A stretch of DNA of 64,000 nucleotides from a virus. The translations under genes were made by a program, and so were the position numbers. Each line of letters begins with the position of its first letter. The stretch's first letter is position 1. The notes beneath the pieces were generated by a model. That model saw only the letters and a program-made list of their open reading frames with translations. It did no database searches and was not told the origin of the DNA. Where the stretch lies: positions 7,110 to 71,109 of the IMG/VR virus record IMGVR_UViG_3300006754_000012. One strand, given 5' to 3'. Below are positions 19,101 through 29,025 of the stretch, piece after piece.

Positions 19101-21290
19101 GAAACCGAACGTTTTCAGATAGTGGCCAAGTGGTCAAGGAAGGTTGCAAATCTCCATGAGTCTGAAATTGAGAGAAGAAATACATACGAACGCACAATGG
19201 CTCTTGAGCTTGCACGGTATGATCGTGAGCTACGTAAAGAAACGTATGAATATGTAGGGAGAGAAGCAGAAGCTACATTGATGGAGCTATACGATAAGCT
19301 CCGAACAGCAGCCGACATACAAAACGACATATTGCGCGGGCAATTTGAAGCGGTTGTTCTAGGCCAAATAGATGAGCAGAAGAAAAGGCTTTGGTTAGAG
19401 CAAAACTTTGGGTTTGTCTTAAATGAGTTGGGCGAGCTTGGTCAAGAGATAGCTTACAAATTTGCAGGGGTATTCAGAGGTATTGCCAATGCAACTGTGG
19501 GGGTATGGTCAGCGATCACCCCTGCCATCGGAAAGACTGTTGGTGGGCTGTTTAGCCTTATGGGTACTGGGGCAGAAACCCTTGGGTTCCAGATTAGGTT
19601 TGCGCTTGGAACCGCAATAGAGTCTGCATGGGATACAGTAAAAGGCCCGCTTGCCACAGGGTTTACCGTAGTTGCTAAAAGCGTCAAAGGCGTGGGCTTT
19701 GCCTTAAAGGCGGTAAAAGCCACCCTAGGGGCCATGGTGAGCATTGTAGGCGCAGTCGGGGGCGCTTGGACTAAGGTAACAGACATTGTTGCGCGGTTTA
19801 CAGGGCTAAGCATTGACGTACTTGGAACCCTTAGTGAAGCCAGGGATCTAATGAAAGAACGCGCTGATCTGCAAGAGGAGATCAATAGCGGGCAGCTAAC
19901 AGGTGATGACCTAACAGATGCCCAAGCACGTTTAGCAGAAATGCCAGCGTCAGCAGGCGCAGCAGCAGCCCAAATGATCGCAGATCAATTTACAGAAGCC
20001 ACCAGCTTCTTTAAGAATCTTACCAACTCCCTACCAGCTATCTTTACTGAGATAATGGCTCAGGTGCCTGTATTTGTAGCTGCAATTGGGGAAACGATTC
20101 CAAGCCTAATGGGTGTCGTTGCAAACAACATCGGGCCTCTAGTAAACGCTTTACTTGATGGTGTGCTGTCTCTTGTTGATGCTGTGATTGACTCTCTTCC
20201 AAATGTCATCATTGCTATTACAGACATGATTCCTGGGTTTATCGGGAAGCTTATGGACGCGGCCCCCCGTATCCTTGAGTTTGTATTTGAAGCTATCGCC
20301 TACATTATTGGGGAGATTCCAAAGTTTGTAGATGTGATTGTAGCTAAGCTTCCGTCACTCATTACAGCTTTAATGGATGGCCTTGTAGATGTAGTGGTAG
20401 CACTAATGCAAGCGGCTCCAAAAATCCTAAAATCATTGGCCGATGCTTTGCCAAGCCTGATTGGGCCACTCATGGAAGGTGTGGTTGCTATCATTATTGG
20501 TATATCTGAGAACTTAGGGCCAATAATCATGGCGGTAGTAAATGCAATACCAGATATTGCTGCTGCGATTGTCAATGCACTCCCACAAATCGTGCTTGCT
20601 TTAGGGGAGCTTATGTTCACCCTTATTAGGGATTTGATAAAACTTACCCTTACCGTAGTCCCTGCCTTGATCATTATGATCCCAAGGTTCTTCGCAGAGG
20701 TCGCTAACAACTTCTGGGCATTGCTAGATAGTGCTTTCGGCAAGATCAAAGATTGGTGGAATAACTTTGACTTTAGCCAATTCATGGATGGGCTTGGCGA
20801 TGCTATTTGGAATGGGCTGAAACAAATGGTTGGGTTCTTTAGAGACTTAATCAAAGAGATTGTAACTTTAGGGTATGCGGAAACACAGTCATTTGGGGAC
20901 ACCCCAGAAGTAATGACCGCTGGATCAGGTGGGGCGCTTACAAGGTTTGCTCCTGGCGATTTGTTCTTAGCCGCAAAAACTCCAGCAGGTTTGCTGAAAC
21001 AACTTGCAGGATCTCTTGGCTCAATGGGGCTTAGCAGCCCATCAGCACCAGAAATGGATTTAAGCGCAATACCATCTATGGTTAGCGCATTAGGTAACGC
21101 TGTTCTTACAACTGGCAGTTCGGGTGGCGGGGACTTAAGGGTAACAGTAGTTGCAGAAGGAAAAACATTAGACGATGTGCTTTATACCGCTGGAAAGCGT
21201 GGGCACACACCATCACTTAAGCAAGACTTGCGAAGAGCGTCGGGGGCCACTGTTGGCTTAGATCGCGGTCGCTTTTCTAGCCAAAGCTAA
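16197..21290 (+). CDS. Tape measure protein (TP901 family)
   Basis: 1697 aa; ARELGRSTMFSATQAAQAMQNLARAG, GLEGSLAGT, IFGRRA motifs; C-terminal amphipathic repeats. Confidence 0.92.
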   Translation: MSIKNEIGFVLKLSAQKFTAGASAATSSLQQLDNAAKNIGKSLDKHTGRALKRTTQAFTGLMAASAVVGARFDREMTFMGAITQATSQEMEGMTEKARELGRSTMFSATQAAQAMQNLARAGMTTNEIMEASGPALMLAGAAGTDMTTATNLLAATLAQFNLDATESSRVTDVFATAITSSLFDVNSLKEAMKYAGTVGQAFGMSIEESTAAVAQFRNIGLEGSLAGTNFRMAMQSAAVETEKKRRTLQKLGLTMADINPQYHTFGDILETLGNTSADVGDSLEIFGRRAGANMAGLIDNARQGNDEYGELLSTLESSVGQTDRLYQQATDNILDQAIIVKSAFQDILLSIFGTYQEPMSNMLTTIASSLNKTSESIQADADKTENAWTRMMERIEVYFILNAGNWGEIITNLMVKVANVAVTFIRWLPILADIATVMATIWAVNKVRAFSTVITGTVIPAMRSLAVAATQAGTAQRGFGGAGAMFSKAGLATLGKGLAKGAMRLTGYGVAIWGATKLVGPLTSGLRKLFGMTNNVGDAQERAAQAMRRYREQLDEVKKATDRFYSVASSQTNRWALQQLEAARSGDELSNSQRHELETLAELEAGQVRAAIAAGQMLIVKRELNGAMVDQIATQRQLADAMVAGEQAGATDEELEAAAQANVDRITYRQTLEDDYYNGTAKQARELRQLLEDLNQPTHTQRRYREQILLSQADSLGLEYESVDAARVLLELLNRRAAEERAILDNNKRLADLELERARARTQAVEDAAAAEQAREDEAAAKKWRSAWEAALKAVEKAHRKIREDWRDSRATDNELIGIEFERRVRDLRETYQTAIDLVGQASRRGTALLEQFYRDVRRMQLTLANEYVKAVAESNREAHQELMLSELVHSQDVAKERLRIALRNEGDIARNSYAAVEGNAVAQRRIWEAWLERKAILEEETDAEIANINYEHALEASEAYLDLSQEGETERFQIVAKWSRKVANLHESEIERRNTYERTMALELARYDRELRKETYEYVGREAEATLMELYDKLRTAADIQNDILRGQFEAVVLGQIDEQKKRLWLEQNFGFVLNELGELGQEIAYKFAGVFRGIANATVGVWSAITPAIGKTVGGLFSLMGTGAETLGFQIRFALGTAIESAWDTVKGPLATGFTVVAKSVKGVGFALKAVKATLGAMVSIVGAVGGAWTKVTDIVARFTGLSIDVLGTLSEARDLMKERADLQEEINSGQLTGDDLTDAQARLAEMPASAGAAAAQMIADQFTEATSFFKNLTNSLPAIFTEIMAQVPVFVAAIGETIPSLMGVVANNIGPLVNALLDGVLSLVDAVIDSLPNVIIAITDMIPGFIGKLMDAAPRILEFVFEAIAYIIGEIPKFVDVIVAKLPSLITALMDGLVDVVVALMQAAPKILKSLADALPSLIGPLMEGVVAIIIGISENLGPIIMAVVNAIPDIAAAIVNALPQIVLALGELMFTLIRDLIKLTLTVVPALIIMIPRFFAEVANNFWALLDSAFGKIKDWWNNFDFSQFMDGLGDAIWNGLKQMVGFFRDLIKEIVTLGYAETQSFGDTPEVMTAGSGGALTRFAPGDLFLAAKTPAGLLKQLAGSLGSMGLSSPSAPEMDLSAIPSMVSALGNAVLTTGSSGGGDLRVTVVAEGKTLDDVLYTAGKRGHTPSLKQDLRRASGATVGLDRGRFSSQS

Positions 21291-21299
21291 GGGGTAAAG

Positions 21300-24200
21300 A
21301 TGGCTTGGGTTTGGCATCATGGGTTTGAAACTGGTTTAGCTTACACAGGCTATAAAAACAGCATTTCTACAGGCGGGGCTTACGGGGCTTCTGGTTGGGT
21401 TGTAATCGATGATGGGTCTGGTAACTATCCTGACTTTGCAAGCACGACTGTACACCCTTCTGGCAGCGCTACAGGCGGTGCTGAAAGTGACTACTCTCTA
21501 AAATTAGATAGAGAGAACCAGAAAGCAGGCCCAATGGCGCTGCGATCAGATGCTTCTGGGACAGCAGAGGCGTTTGCTGGGTTGTCTATTTCGTTTGCTT
21601 TTAGAGCAGAAGGAACAGTAAGTACCAGCGGAAGCCCAATAACAGTCGTCAAAAGAAACGCTGGCGGTGCTTCTGCTGGCTTTTCTGTCACCCCTGTAGC
21701 TGGCGGGGGAGGGGACTTTTCCCTGGGCTTATCACTAGAAACAGATGGCACATCACCAGTAGCTAAGGCTACACCTACCGCACTAAGTTCAAACACTTGG
21801 TATTGGATTACAGTAGGAGCATCTAATTCTGGTGGAAACAGGTACTACAGGCTCTACATAAATGGTGTGCTTGAAATCCAAATCATAGATGCTGGAAGTG
21901 CTATAAACTGGCGTACATTTGAGTTTGGATGGCCAGGTTCAAGCGGCGTTCAAGATTTCTTTTTCGATGATGTTGTTGTTTATAATCAACCAGAGATTTT
22001 CTCAGATATAGATTCGTCAAATACAGACTCTTGTAACCAAAGGCACCATATCTTTGGGCTTCCAACTGCAAGGGTTGTAGAGCGCGATTACTTTACTACT
22101 GATTCAGGCGCAACAGGCGAAAGCGATCTACTGACTGCGCTTCAAACCAAAAACCTGACCACTTACCTAAAAGTAACAAGCGCTACAGCCAAGACGCTAA
22201 AGCTTAACGTAAAGTCTGCTTCTGCTGTAATTGACACAGAATATGTGCCGCCAACTATCGTGTCTGTTTCCGCCGCTGTTCCACTTATGATGGATTCTGT
22301 TGGTTCGGAATGTGGTGTTGTCCTTTTGCGTGATGGTGTTCAAAAATCCGCCACTGGTACTTATAGCGGATCAACCCGTACTGAAGGTTATGGGGGCACT
22401 ACAACATACGATGACGGCGTTTTAATGCAGGTGCCAGCATACGGATCTGGCTTTAGTGCAAGCGATGTTATTGAGCTTGAGGATATTGATCGGGCTAATT
22501 TAACTTTAGAAGTCACCATAGCGCCGACAACCGCCTTTTCTATATCTAAGGTTTATTCTGCAATAGTTGAAGTCCTTTGGAATAAGAAGCGAAGAGCATC
22601 AAAAGCATCTACAAGAACAGACATTGAGCCTAAAGCCGCGCTGATCTTCCAAGATCCAGAACTACTAAAAGACAACAAAGACGATACTACCGCTGCAATA
22701 GGGTACAGCTTCACCCAAAGAAGCCCAATGCAAGGGGTAACATCACCAGATACTTCAAACGACGGCAGTATGCTTGCCTTCCTTCAGGGCGACTGGAATG
22801 AAGATAAAGGTGAAGTTAACGCGAGAACACCACAAGACATTAACCTTCAAGTATGCCAAAGCGGTGGGTTGCTGTCTGGTTCAGAATGGATGTGGGGGTA
22901 CAAAGAATTCCCAGAAAACCCAGCAAGCAGCTTCTATATGGGGTACAGCGATCCAAAGCTCCCTTGGACAGCTTATGAGCCATTTGCGAACGGCACAGCT
23001 ACCCTTGGCGCAGGGGGCGGCGTTGGTGAATTTTTAGAGGTTGCATACTCTAGTAAATTTGATCGAGTGTTGTTCTTCAGGCTTAGGGCTGGACAATTTG
23101 AAATAGCTTACAAAAACAACAGCATGTATGGGACTTACGACAGTGGGTACGAAACCATATTCAGCTACGCAAAGTTGTACCAAGACACTGCTGGCCACCT
23201 AAATACATCTGGTACCAATGTCACCAATTATATGCGTGACCTAACTACCGACAATTGGGGCTTTAGTGTTGTAGAAACTGATGATGGTGTAATGCACCTA
23301 TTCATTGGGTACAAAACACCAAAGCACAGCCCCATGACGGCTGTCGGCGCTATAGATGCTTCTGATATTGCGAGGTACACATCTGATGATGGTGGCCTAA
23401 ATTGGAGATTTGAAGAAGACGGGATCTTAGAGAAGTATTTTGAAGGGCCAACCCTTACCGACTTTTTCCAAGTAGCTGTTTCTGGGAACTGGTTTTACAT
23501 GGGGCTACTGGAAATTGGGATCTCTGAAAAAACAAGAGGTTTCTACTCACTAATCTCTAGCAACCAAGGTGCTTCTTGGGTGCAGGGTTACCCAGCAGAT
23601 CCCAATACTGGAGCAGACGATCCAAATGCTCAAATAGTAGAAAAACAAGGATTCCCAGGAAACCTTTCAAGCAGCGCATTGGCTGATGTCGGTGCTGTTT
23701 TTAGCATTTGTGGTTCGCAAACAGGCGATGGAACATTCATCGTATATGCGGGGTATTGGGGAGCATCTCCAGACACAACGGTTGGTAGTAGGGTCATACA
23801 GGTGTTTACTGCTTACAGGACTGGTAAGCTACAAGCGGTAACGACTGGTTCTGTTTACCTTGGCACTCAATATTCGTATTACAATACGCTTTACACCCCA
23901 CAAGCGATGTGTGCGGTAGCTGGGCCATCAGACGTATTCGTGTTTGCAAACGGCTATTTGGAAGGGTTTGACGCTTCTGCTGGAGCATTGACCGATATGG
24001 GTTGGGTAGGTTCTACTTCAAGAATAATACCAATCAATAAGATTGAAGATATTTCGATCTTTGGTAATAATAATTCGTCCCCTTACGATATTGATAGACG
24101 TACAGAAGGATCTTGGGCTGCTTATTCTGGTACCCAACAAAGGGATTATCTTGGGATGATGGGTAGCCAAGGCTACACCCCTTCGTTTATTCGCGGAGTA

Positions 24201-26351
24201 TGGGCTGGGGATCGCATCATTACAGCCCATAGGGCTTATAATTCAGTGGATCAAGACATAGCCCTAGAAGGGACAAGAGCGCAAGAGTGGGGTGGTTGGT
24301 CTTACAAGCCACTAAGAGCAGAAAACTCTTGGGCAAGCCCGTTCCCTAACGGTATTGCATGTGCTTACTGGAACGCCTCTATGGGCGCTATAGACTGGAC
24401 TACTGCTGATTCACCTACTGTTAGCGCTAGATTTTGGGACGTAGATGCTGATGGTACTGGTTATTCAAACGAAATTGATAATACTGATCTTACGCTCAAG
24501 TTCACATCTACTGTGGCTAACAACAACCGAATTTACGCTAGAAAAGATAATGGATTCTTAGTAAACTCAACATCAGCTTCTGCATTAACTCAAAGCATAG
24601 GCTGTAGGGGACTTGTTGCTTGGTCGGTAAACCTAAAAGATATTCAGGACAGTATTCCAGCAAAAGGCCCAAGCTGGCAGGGGCCTCTTTTATCCGACAC
24701 GGGTCAAAATTTGACTGCCAATGGGCCAACGACAGGTGTTGTATCTAAAATAGTCAAGTACATGCCCACAGCCGCAACAACAATGGAAGCTATTGTTACT
24801 GTAGACATGGTACGCAACGGCAGTAATTATGACTTCCATATTTATGACAATGTTGCGGGCACTTCTCTAGCTGTTTTCAGCAAGGCAACGTATGATGTAG
24901 CAATGGATTGCAGGCTGTCGTTGTATGATGATCAGCACTACAATGGTGCTGCTGGGACAACAAATCAATTTTGCGATTTGGCTGTTGGGTTACATGGTGT
25001 CCGCTACCCTGCGTGGGTTTCTACTGGCCAGCTTACTCTTTCATTTAGGGCTGTTTCATCTGGAACCACAGATGAGCGCGAAAATGTGTGGTGGGGCAAC
25101 TTTGGTAACGGCACTGGTTTTAGTGTGAGCACACAATCTTCCAGGTGGTCACAATTCCTAGTATCTAGGTTGAACCAAGGTAATTCACTAAGCCAAGTTG
25201 ATTGGGACGAAACTACCAACAATAGGGGCTTCCCATGCACCCCTTATGGGCAAGACTTAGCCCAAGGTATTTCTGCAAGGTGGGGCGGCGACGGGGCAAT
25301 GGCTAGGGATAGCTTTGTTGGAAAAGCAGAATTCCAGTATGGAATGGCTAAGCTACCGCTCGCTTCCAAAAAATATGAGTGGCGCTCTAACAACCTAGGT
25401 GCAGGCGCAACTGAGACATTAGCGTGGCGTGCTGGAAATGCTGAAGACGATGGCTATGTTCACAGCTTTGCCCACAGAGCTTTTAGTGTGTGGGGTGCGA
25501 ACACAAGGCTAATGACCCTAAGCTACCAATACCCAGGAGCAAGCACTAACATCTCTATCGACCTTACAGAGTACACAAGCTCTATAGTTAGCCTTGGGGA
25601 TACGGGCGCTTCATCAACAATGAATTCTAAGCTATCGTTCCAAGTGCCAACCAATGATGCTAGGCGTTGGCGTGAAAATGAGTTGGCTGGAAAATATGTT
25701 GATATTGAGGCTTTAGACGGCAATAAGCGGGCATATAAAATATCTGGAAACAGGGGTAATTTAGTCTCTATTACTGGCCTAAATACCCTTATGCAGAATG
25801 TGATTTCACCGCTTTCTACCTTGTATATTTACAGCGGCAACAAAACAGTATTCTTTGATCAAGACATGGAATACAACGAAATGACATTAGCGATGACAGC
25901 AGGCGGGACTACTGCCACTAATCCAAACCCACCAGAGGGTTACTTCAAAGTCAGCAATGTTGTTGCTGGCATGACATTGCCGTTCTCGGTTCCTTTAGAT
26001 TGGAAATCAACCCTTGCCGAAAAAGGCAATGTGTCCCTTTATACGGCTAAAACTGGTGTTAGGTCAGCTTATAAGCAAGGCTCGCCAAGAAAATCCTTTT
26101 CTGGCCAAGTAAAGGGAGACATAGAAGAGTGGCGGAACAGCTTCAGATCTATGGTAAACAAGATTTCTGATTACAGCGCCAACCCACTGGTCTTATGTTT
26201 GGACACCTCATCATCAGATGATGAGAATACAATCTATTGTAGGTTTACTGGAGAAACAAAGGATCAAAACGTCGGGTGGGCTTACAGTGAAACTTCCAAC
26301 AAGTGGTACCAAGTGGGGGACACAACAGTAACATTTGAAGAGGAAGTTTAG
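21300..26351 (+). CDS. Large tail-tip virion protein with LamG-like and Asp-box (BNR) domains
   Basis: 1683 aa directly after the tape measure; SNTWYWITV...RLYING (LamG-like); SDDGGLNW and SSNQGASW Asp-boxes. Confidence 0.65.
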   Translation: MAWVWHHGFETGLAYTGYKNSISTGGAYGASGWVVIDDGSGNYPDFASTTVHPSGSATGGAESDYSLKLDRENQKAGPMALRSDASGTAEAFAGLSISFAFRAEGTVSTSGSPITVVKRNAGGASAGFSVTPVAGGGGDFSLGLSLETDGTSPVAKATPTALSSNTWYWITVGASNSGGNRYYRLYINGVLEIQIIDAGSAINWRTFEFGWPGSSGVQDFFFDDVVVYNQPEIFSDIDSSNTDSCNQRHHIFGLPTARVVERDYFTTDSGATGESDLLTALQTKNLTTYLKVTSATAKTLKLNVKSASAVIDTEYVPPTIVSVSAAVPLMMDSVGSECGVVLLRDGVQKSATGTYSGSTRTEGYGGTTTYDDGVLMQVPAYGSGFSASDVIELEDIDRANLTLEVTIAPTTAFSISKVYSAIVEVLWNKKRRASKASTRTDIEPKAALIFQDPELLKDNKDDTTAAIGYSFTQRSPMQGVTSPDTSNDGSMLAFLQGDWNEDKGEVNARTPQDINLQVCQSGGLLSGSEWMWGYKEFPENPASSFYMGYSDPKLPWTAYEPFANGTATLGAGGGVGEFLEVAYSSKFDRVLFFRLRAGQFEIAYKNNSMYGTYDSGYETIFSYAKLYQDTAGHLNTSGTNVTNYMRDLTTDNWGFSVVETDDGVMHLFIGYKTPKHSPMTAVGAIDASDIARYTSDDGGLNWRFEEDGILEKYFEGPTLTDFFQVAVSGNWFYMGLLEIGISEKTRGFYSLISSNQGASWVQGYPADPNTGADDPNAQIVEKQGFPGNLSSSALADVGAVFSICGSQTGDGTFIVYAGYWGASPDTTVGSRVIQVFTAYRTGKLQAVTTGSVYLGTQYSYYNTLYTPQAMCAVAGPSDVFVFANGYLEGFDASAGALTDMGWVGSTSRIIPINKIEDISIFGNNNSSPYDIDRRTEGSWAAYSGTQQRDYLGMMGSQGYTPSFIRGVWAGDRIITAHRAYNSVDQDIALEGTRAQEWGGWSYKPLRAENSWASPFPNGIACAYWNASMGAIDWTTADSPTVSARFWDVDADGTGYSNEIDNTDLTLKFTSTVANNNRIYARKDNGFLVNSTSASALTQSIGCRGLVAWSVNLKDIQDSIPAKGPSWQGPLLSDTGQNLTANGPTTGVVSKIVKYMPTAATTMEAIVTVDMVRNGSNYDFHIYDNVAGTSLAVFSKATYDVAMDCRLSLYDDQHYNGAAGTTNQFCDLAVGLHGVRYPAWVSTGQLTLSFRAVSSGTTDERENVWWGNFGNGTGFSVSTQSSRWSQFLVSRLNQGNSLSQVDWDETTNNRGFPCTPYGQDLAQGISARWGGDGAMARDSFVGKAEFQYGMAKLPLASKKYEWRSNNLGAGATETLAWRAGNAEDDGYVHSFAHRAFSVWGANTRLMTLSYQYPGASTNISIDLTEYTSSIVSLGDTGASSTMNSKLSFQVPTNDARRWRENELAGKYVDIEALDGNKRAYKISGNRGNLVSITGLNTLMQNVISPLSTLYIYSGNKTVFFDQDMEYNEMTLAMTAGGTTATNPNPPEGYFKVSNVVAGMTLPFSVPLDWKSTLAEKGNVSLYTAKTGVRSAYKQGSPRKSFSGQVKGDIEEWRNSFRSMVNKISDYSANPLVLCLDTSSSDDENTIYCRFTGETKDQNVGWAYSETSNKWYQVGDTTVTFEEEV

Positions 26352-28022
26352 GTGGCTGTAAACCTTTACACAGACCACCCAGCTTTTAGAGTCTGGGATA
26401 AGAATAGGTACGGCGGCAAAATGCTTTTGAGCACGTATTGGGCTGACTACCTACGTGCTGATCCAGACCTTAGCCACCTAGTAATGTGTATAGATGTTGT
26501 GTTTGGTGTAGACAAGCGTGTCTTCATCTCAAGTAGGGAATGTAATACCACCTCTACAGAAACAGGGGCAGAGTACAACTACCTACCTGTTATGTCTTCC
26601 GAACCGCCTATCTCCAACAGCATTGATATTGGAAGCGGCAACAGTTCTGCCAGAAGCTTTAGTTTCACCCTGCCGAATGAGCTTGTAGATGCGGCATCTT
26701 TAATCTCCAAAGGTAGGATGCTTGCTGGTGTAGCGGAGGTTTCTCTACAATACGATGGTGGGGATTATGACAATAGGCTTGTGCTTATGCGGGGTGAAAT
26801 GGACAGTGGGGTTAACTTTTTCCCTGCTGACGGTGGTACGATAGAATTCAGCATTACAGATCCTAAAGAGTCAATGGATTTATCTTTACCGCCTTATGTT
26901 GTGGACAATGTGGCATTTAGGCAAGCGCCAAAAGAGTCTATAGGCCGCAGGTATCCTATTGTAGCCAACAGTTATGAATGGGTTCCGTGTATTTGGGTGA
27001 GCGGGACAGCATCTCTGCAACAATTGATGGTGGGGATAGGGGATCTTGATGTGCAGTCTGGTGGTTCAGACAGCATCTATGTTGATGGCGTGGCTTACGG
27101 GACAACAGATATTACTTACGGGTGGTCTGTGTTTCGTGGAAATGACGATAAAGGGGTGCCTTATACGGGTATCGAGTTTACTAACAATCCATCTACGGAA
27201 TATACCGAAGCAGTATATGTGAAGGTTTCAAGGGGTGTTTCAAGCCAAAACCCAATCGGCCAAGCGCTGTACTTTCTTGAAGAGTACTCTACTTTTGGTA
27301 AAGCCAGCATAAACTATCAAGCCTTTTCTTTAGCTAACAATAAGGCTTCTTCTTTAAAGTCCACCACATTAGTAAATGCTGGAAGCGGCAATGACGCTAC
27401 AACGCTTTCATTTATAGAACAAGGGTTGCTTGGTTGTTTCCCTATGGTTTCTATGGCTTGGATGCTGGGCGGATACGGCCCTGTATTTGTGGACAGGAAT
27501 GGGGCTAAGGTTGGGTTTAAACTTAATGCCCAAACGCACCCTGTCATGGGGAGGGCTACAGCAGTATCCGAAACAGCTAAGAATAAGTCTTATAATAGCT
27601 TCACTGTTGAGTATAAATTCAATGCAATGGAGAATGTGTACGAAGGCGTTGTTTTAGCCGATCATACCAATAATGCTCTATGTAATGTAAGCGCACAGAA
27701 TATCGGGCTAAGGCAGCACATTTCTATACAATGCCCGTACATCAATGACGATCAGACTGCTGGGCTAGTCGTAGACTGGCTTGTATCCCACTTAAGCTTG
27801 CCTTCGTATTATGTTGAGTATGAATGTATAGCCAGCGCTATGTTTTCTGTATCTTTAGGGGATAATATTTCACTAACTGATGATGAATTTGGTTGGGAAA
27901 ACGAGTCTGCTACAATAGTTTCTATTACTTACCAATCAGGGAGGGTCGTTTTGGGCGCTCGTGTTTGGTCGCCGTACTATGCAAAGTTAGACGGTGATGT
28001 TTCCACTTATTCAATAGCGTAG
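26352..28022 (+). CDS. Baseplate hub/tail-tip protein
   Basis: Position in the tail module; SIGRRYPIV and VSLGDNISLTD (OB-fold-like) end. Confidence 0.6.
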   Translation: MAVNLYTDHPAFRVWDKNRYGGKMLLSTYWADYLRADPDLSHLVMCIDVVFGVDKRVFISSRECNTTSTETGAEYNYLPVMSSEPPISNSIDIGSGNSSARSFSFTLPNELVDAASLISKGRMLAGVAEVSLQYDGGDYDNRLVLMRGEMDSGVNFFPADGGTIEFSITDPKESMDLSLPPYVVDNVAFRQAPKESIGRRYPIVANSYEWVPCIWVSGTASLQQLMVGIGDLDVQSGGSDSIYVDGVAYGTTDITYGWSVFRGNDDKGVPYTGIEFTNNPSTEYTEAVYVKVSRGVSSQNPIGQALYFLEEYSTFGKASINYQAFSLANNKASSLKSTTLVNAGSGNDATTLSFIEQGLLGCFPMVSMAWMLGGYGPVFVDRNGAKVGFKLNAQTHPVMGRATAVSETAKNKSYNSFTVEYKFNAMENVYEGVVLADHTNNALCNVSAQNIGLRQHISIQCPYINDDQTAGLVVDWLVSHLSLPSYYVEYECIASAMFSVSLGDNISLTDDEFGWENESATIVSITYQSGRVVLGARVWSPYYAKLDGDVSTYSIA

Positions 28023-28032
28023 CGCGTATAAT

Positions 28033-28911
28033 ATGGCGGCTGAAAAAGAAAGGTTAGTATTACTCAATCGGGCGCGGCACGCCCCGAAGTTGCGCGATGA
28101 CGTAACAAACGAAACCCCAAATGGGTACGTCTTAAAATGGGATCAGTCTAGCCTTTCTTGGTACCCATCAGCAGATTCAGAGGGTACTATAAAATCGGTT
28201 GTTGGTACAGCTAACCAAATAACGGCCAACACTGTCGATGGCGTAGTAACAGTTGGTCTTGATCCAAGTATAGAAACCCAGAGTATGAGCTTATCTGGAA
28301 ATCTCGCTGTTTCTGGTAAGCAAGTTGCTGGCTACACTGTACCAGGGGATTACCCTTATACTGTCGGTGCGGCGGACTACATAGTTACCGTCAATACTGC
28401 CGAGTCTGCTAAGTCAGTTACCCTTCCAAATGCGGCCACTGCTGGATCGGGTCGTATAATTCATGTTGTAGACCAACTTCCTGGTGGTGGCGGCGCTGGC
28501 GTAAATAAGATTACTATCAATGCTTCCGACCCTACGGGAAGCGGCGGTATCGGCATTGCTGGGGCTAACAGTAAAATAATAGAGACAAACGGTGGCTACC
28601 TTTGCCTTGTGAGCAATGGGCTTGCTACTGGGAGTGGTGGCGGCTGGCTAATCATTAGCGCAAAGCTTAATGACTACGCTTTCTTGGAAATAGAAAATGA
28701 TCTTAGTGGCCAAGTAGATGGTGATCAGACTATATTCAATACAACACAAAGTTATAAAGCAGGAAGCTTGGTAGTGTACTTCAATGGAATGAGGCAAAGA
28801 ACGGGGTCGGGGAAGGAAGTTGTAGAAACAACCTCTAGTTCATTCACTACATATTTTGGTGAAGCACCACCCGTTGGGTCTGTAGTTGTTGCGGTTTATG
28901 AACCACTTTAG
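28033..28911 (+). CDS. Tail fibre/virion accessory protein
   Basis: SVTLPNAATAGSGRIIHV domain; C-terminal DLSGQVDG...LVVYFNGMRQ beta-sandwich module. Confidence 0.6.
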   Translation: MAAEKERLVLLNRARHAPKLRDDVTNETPNGYVLKWDQSSLSWYPSADSEGTIKSVVGTANQITANTVDGVVTVGLDPSIETQSMSLSGNLAVSGKQVAGYTVPGDYPYTVGAADYIVTVNTAESAKSVTLPNAATAGSGRIIHVVDQLPGGGGAGVNKITINASDPTGSGGIGIAGANSKIIETNGGYLCLVSNGLATGSGGGWLIISAKLNDYAFLEIENDLSGQVDGDQTIFNTTQSYKAGSLVVYFNGMRQRTGSGKEVVETTSSSFTTYFGEAPPVGSVVVAVYEPL

Positions 28912-29025
28912 ATTAGCCGATTGACTTTAACAGTTTCAATATTAGGCGCAGTCTGATATTGATCACCACAGTTTGCGATGGGGGTTGCAAACTGTTTTTA
29001 CTAAACCCCACTACGGAGCATTATC

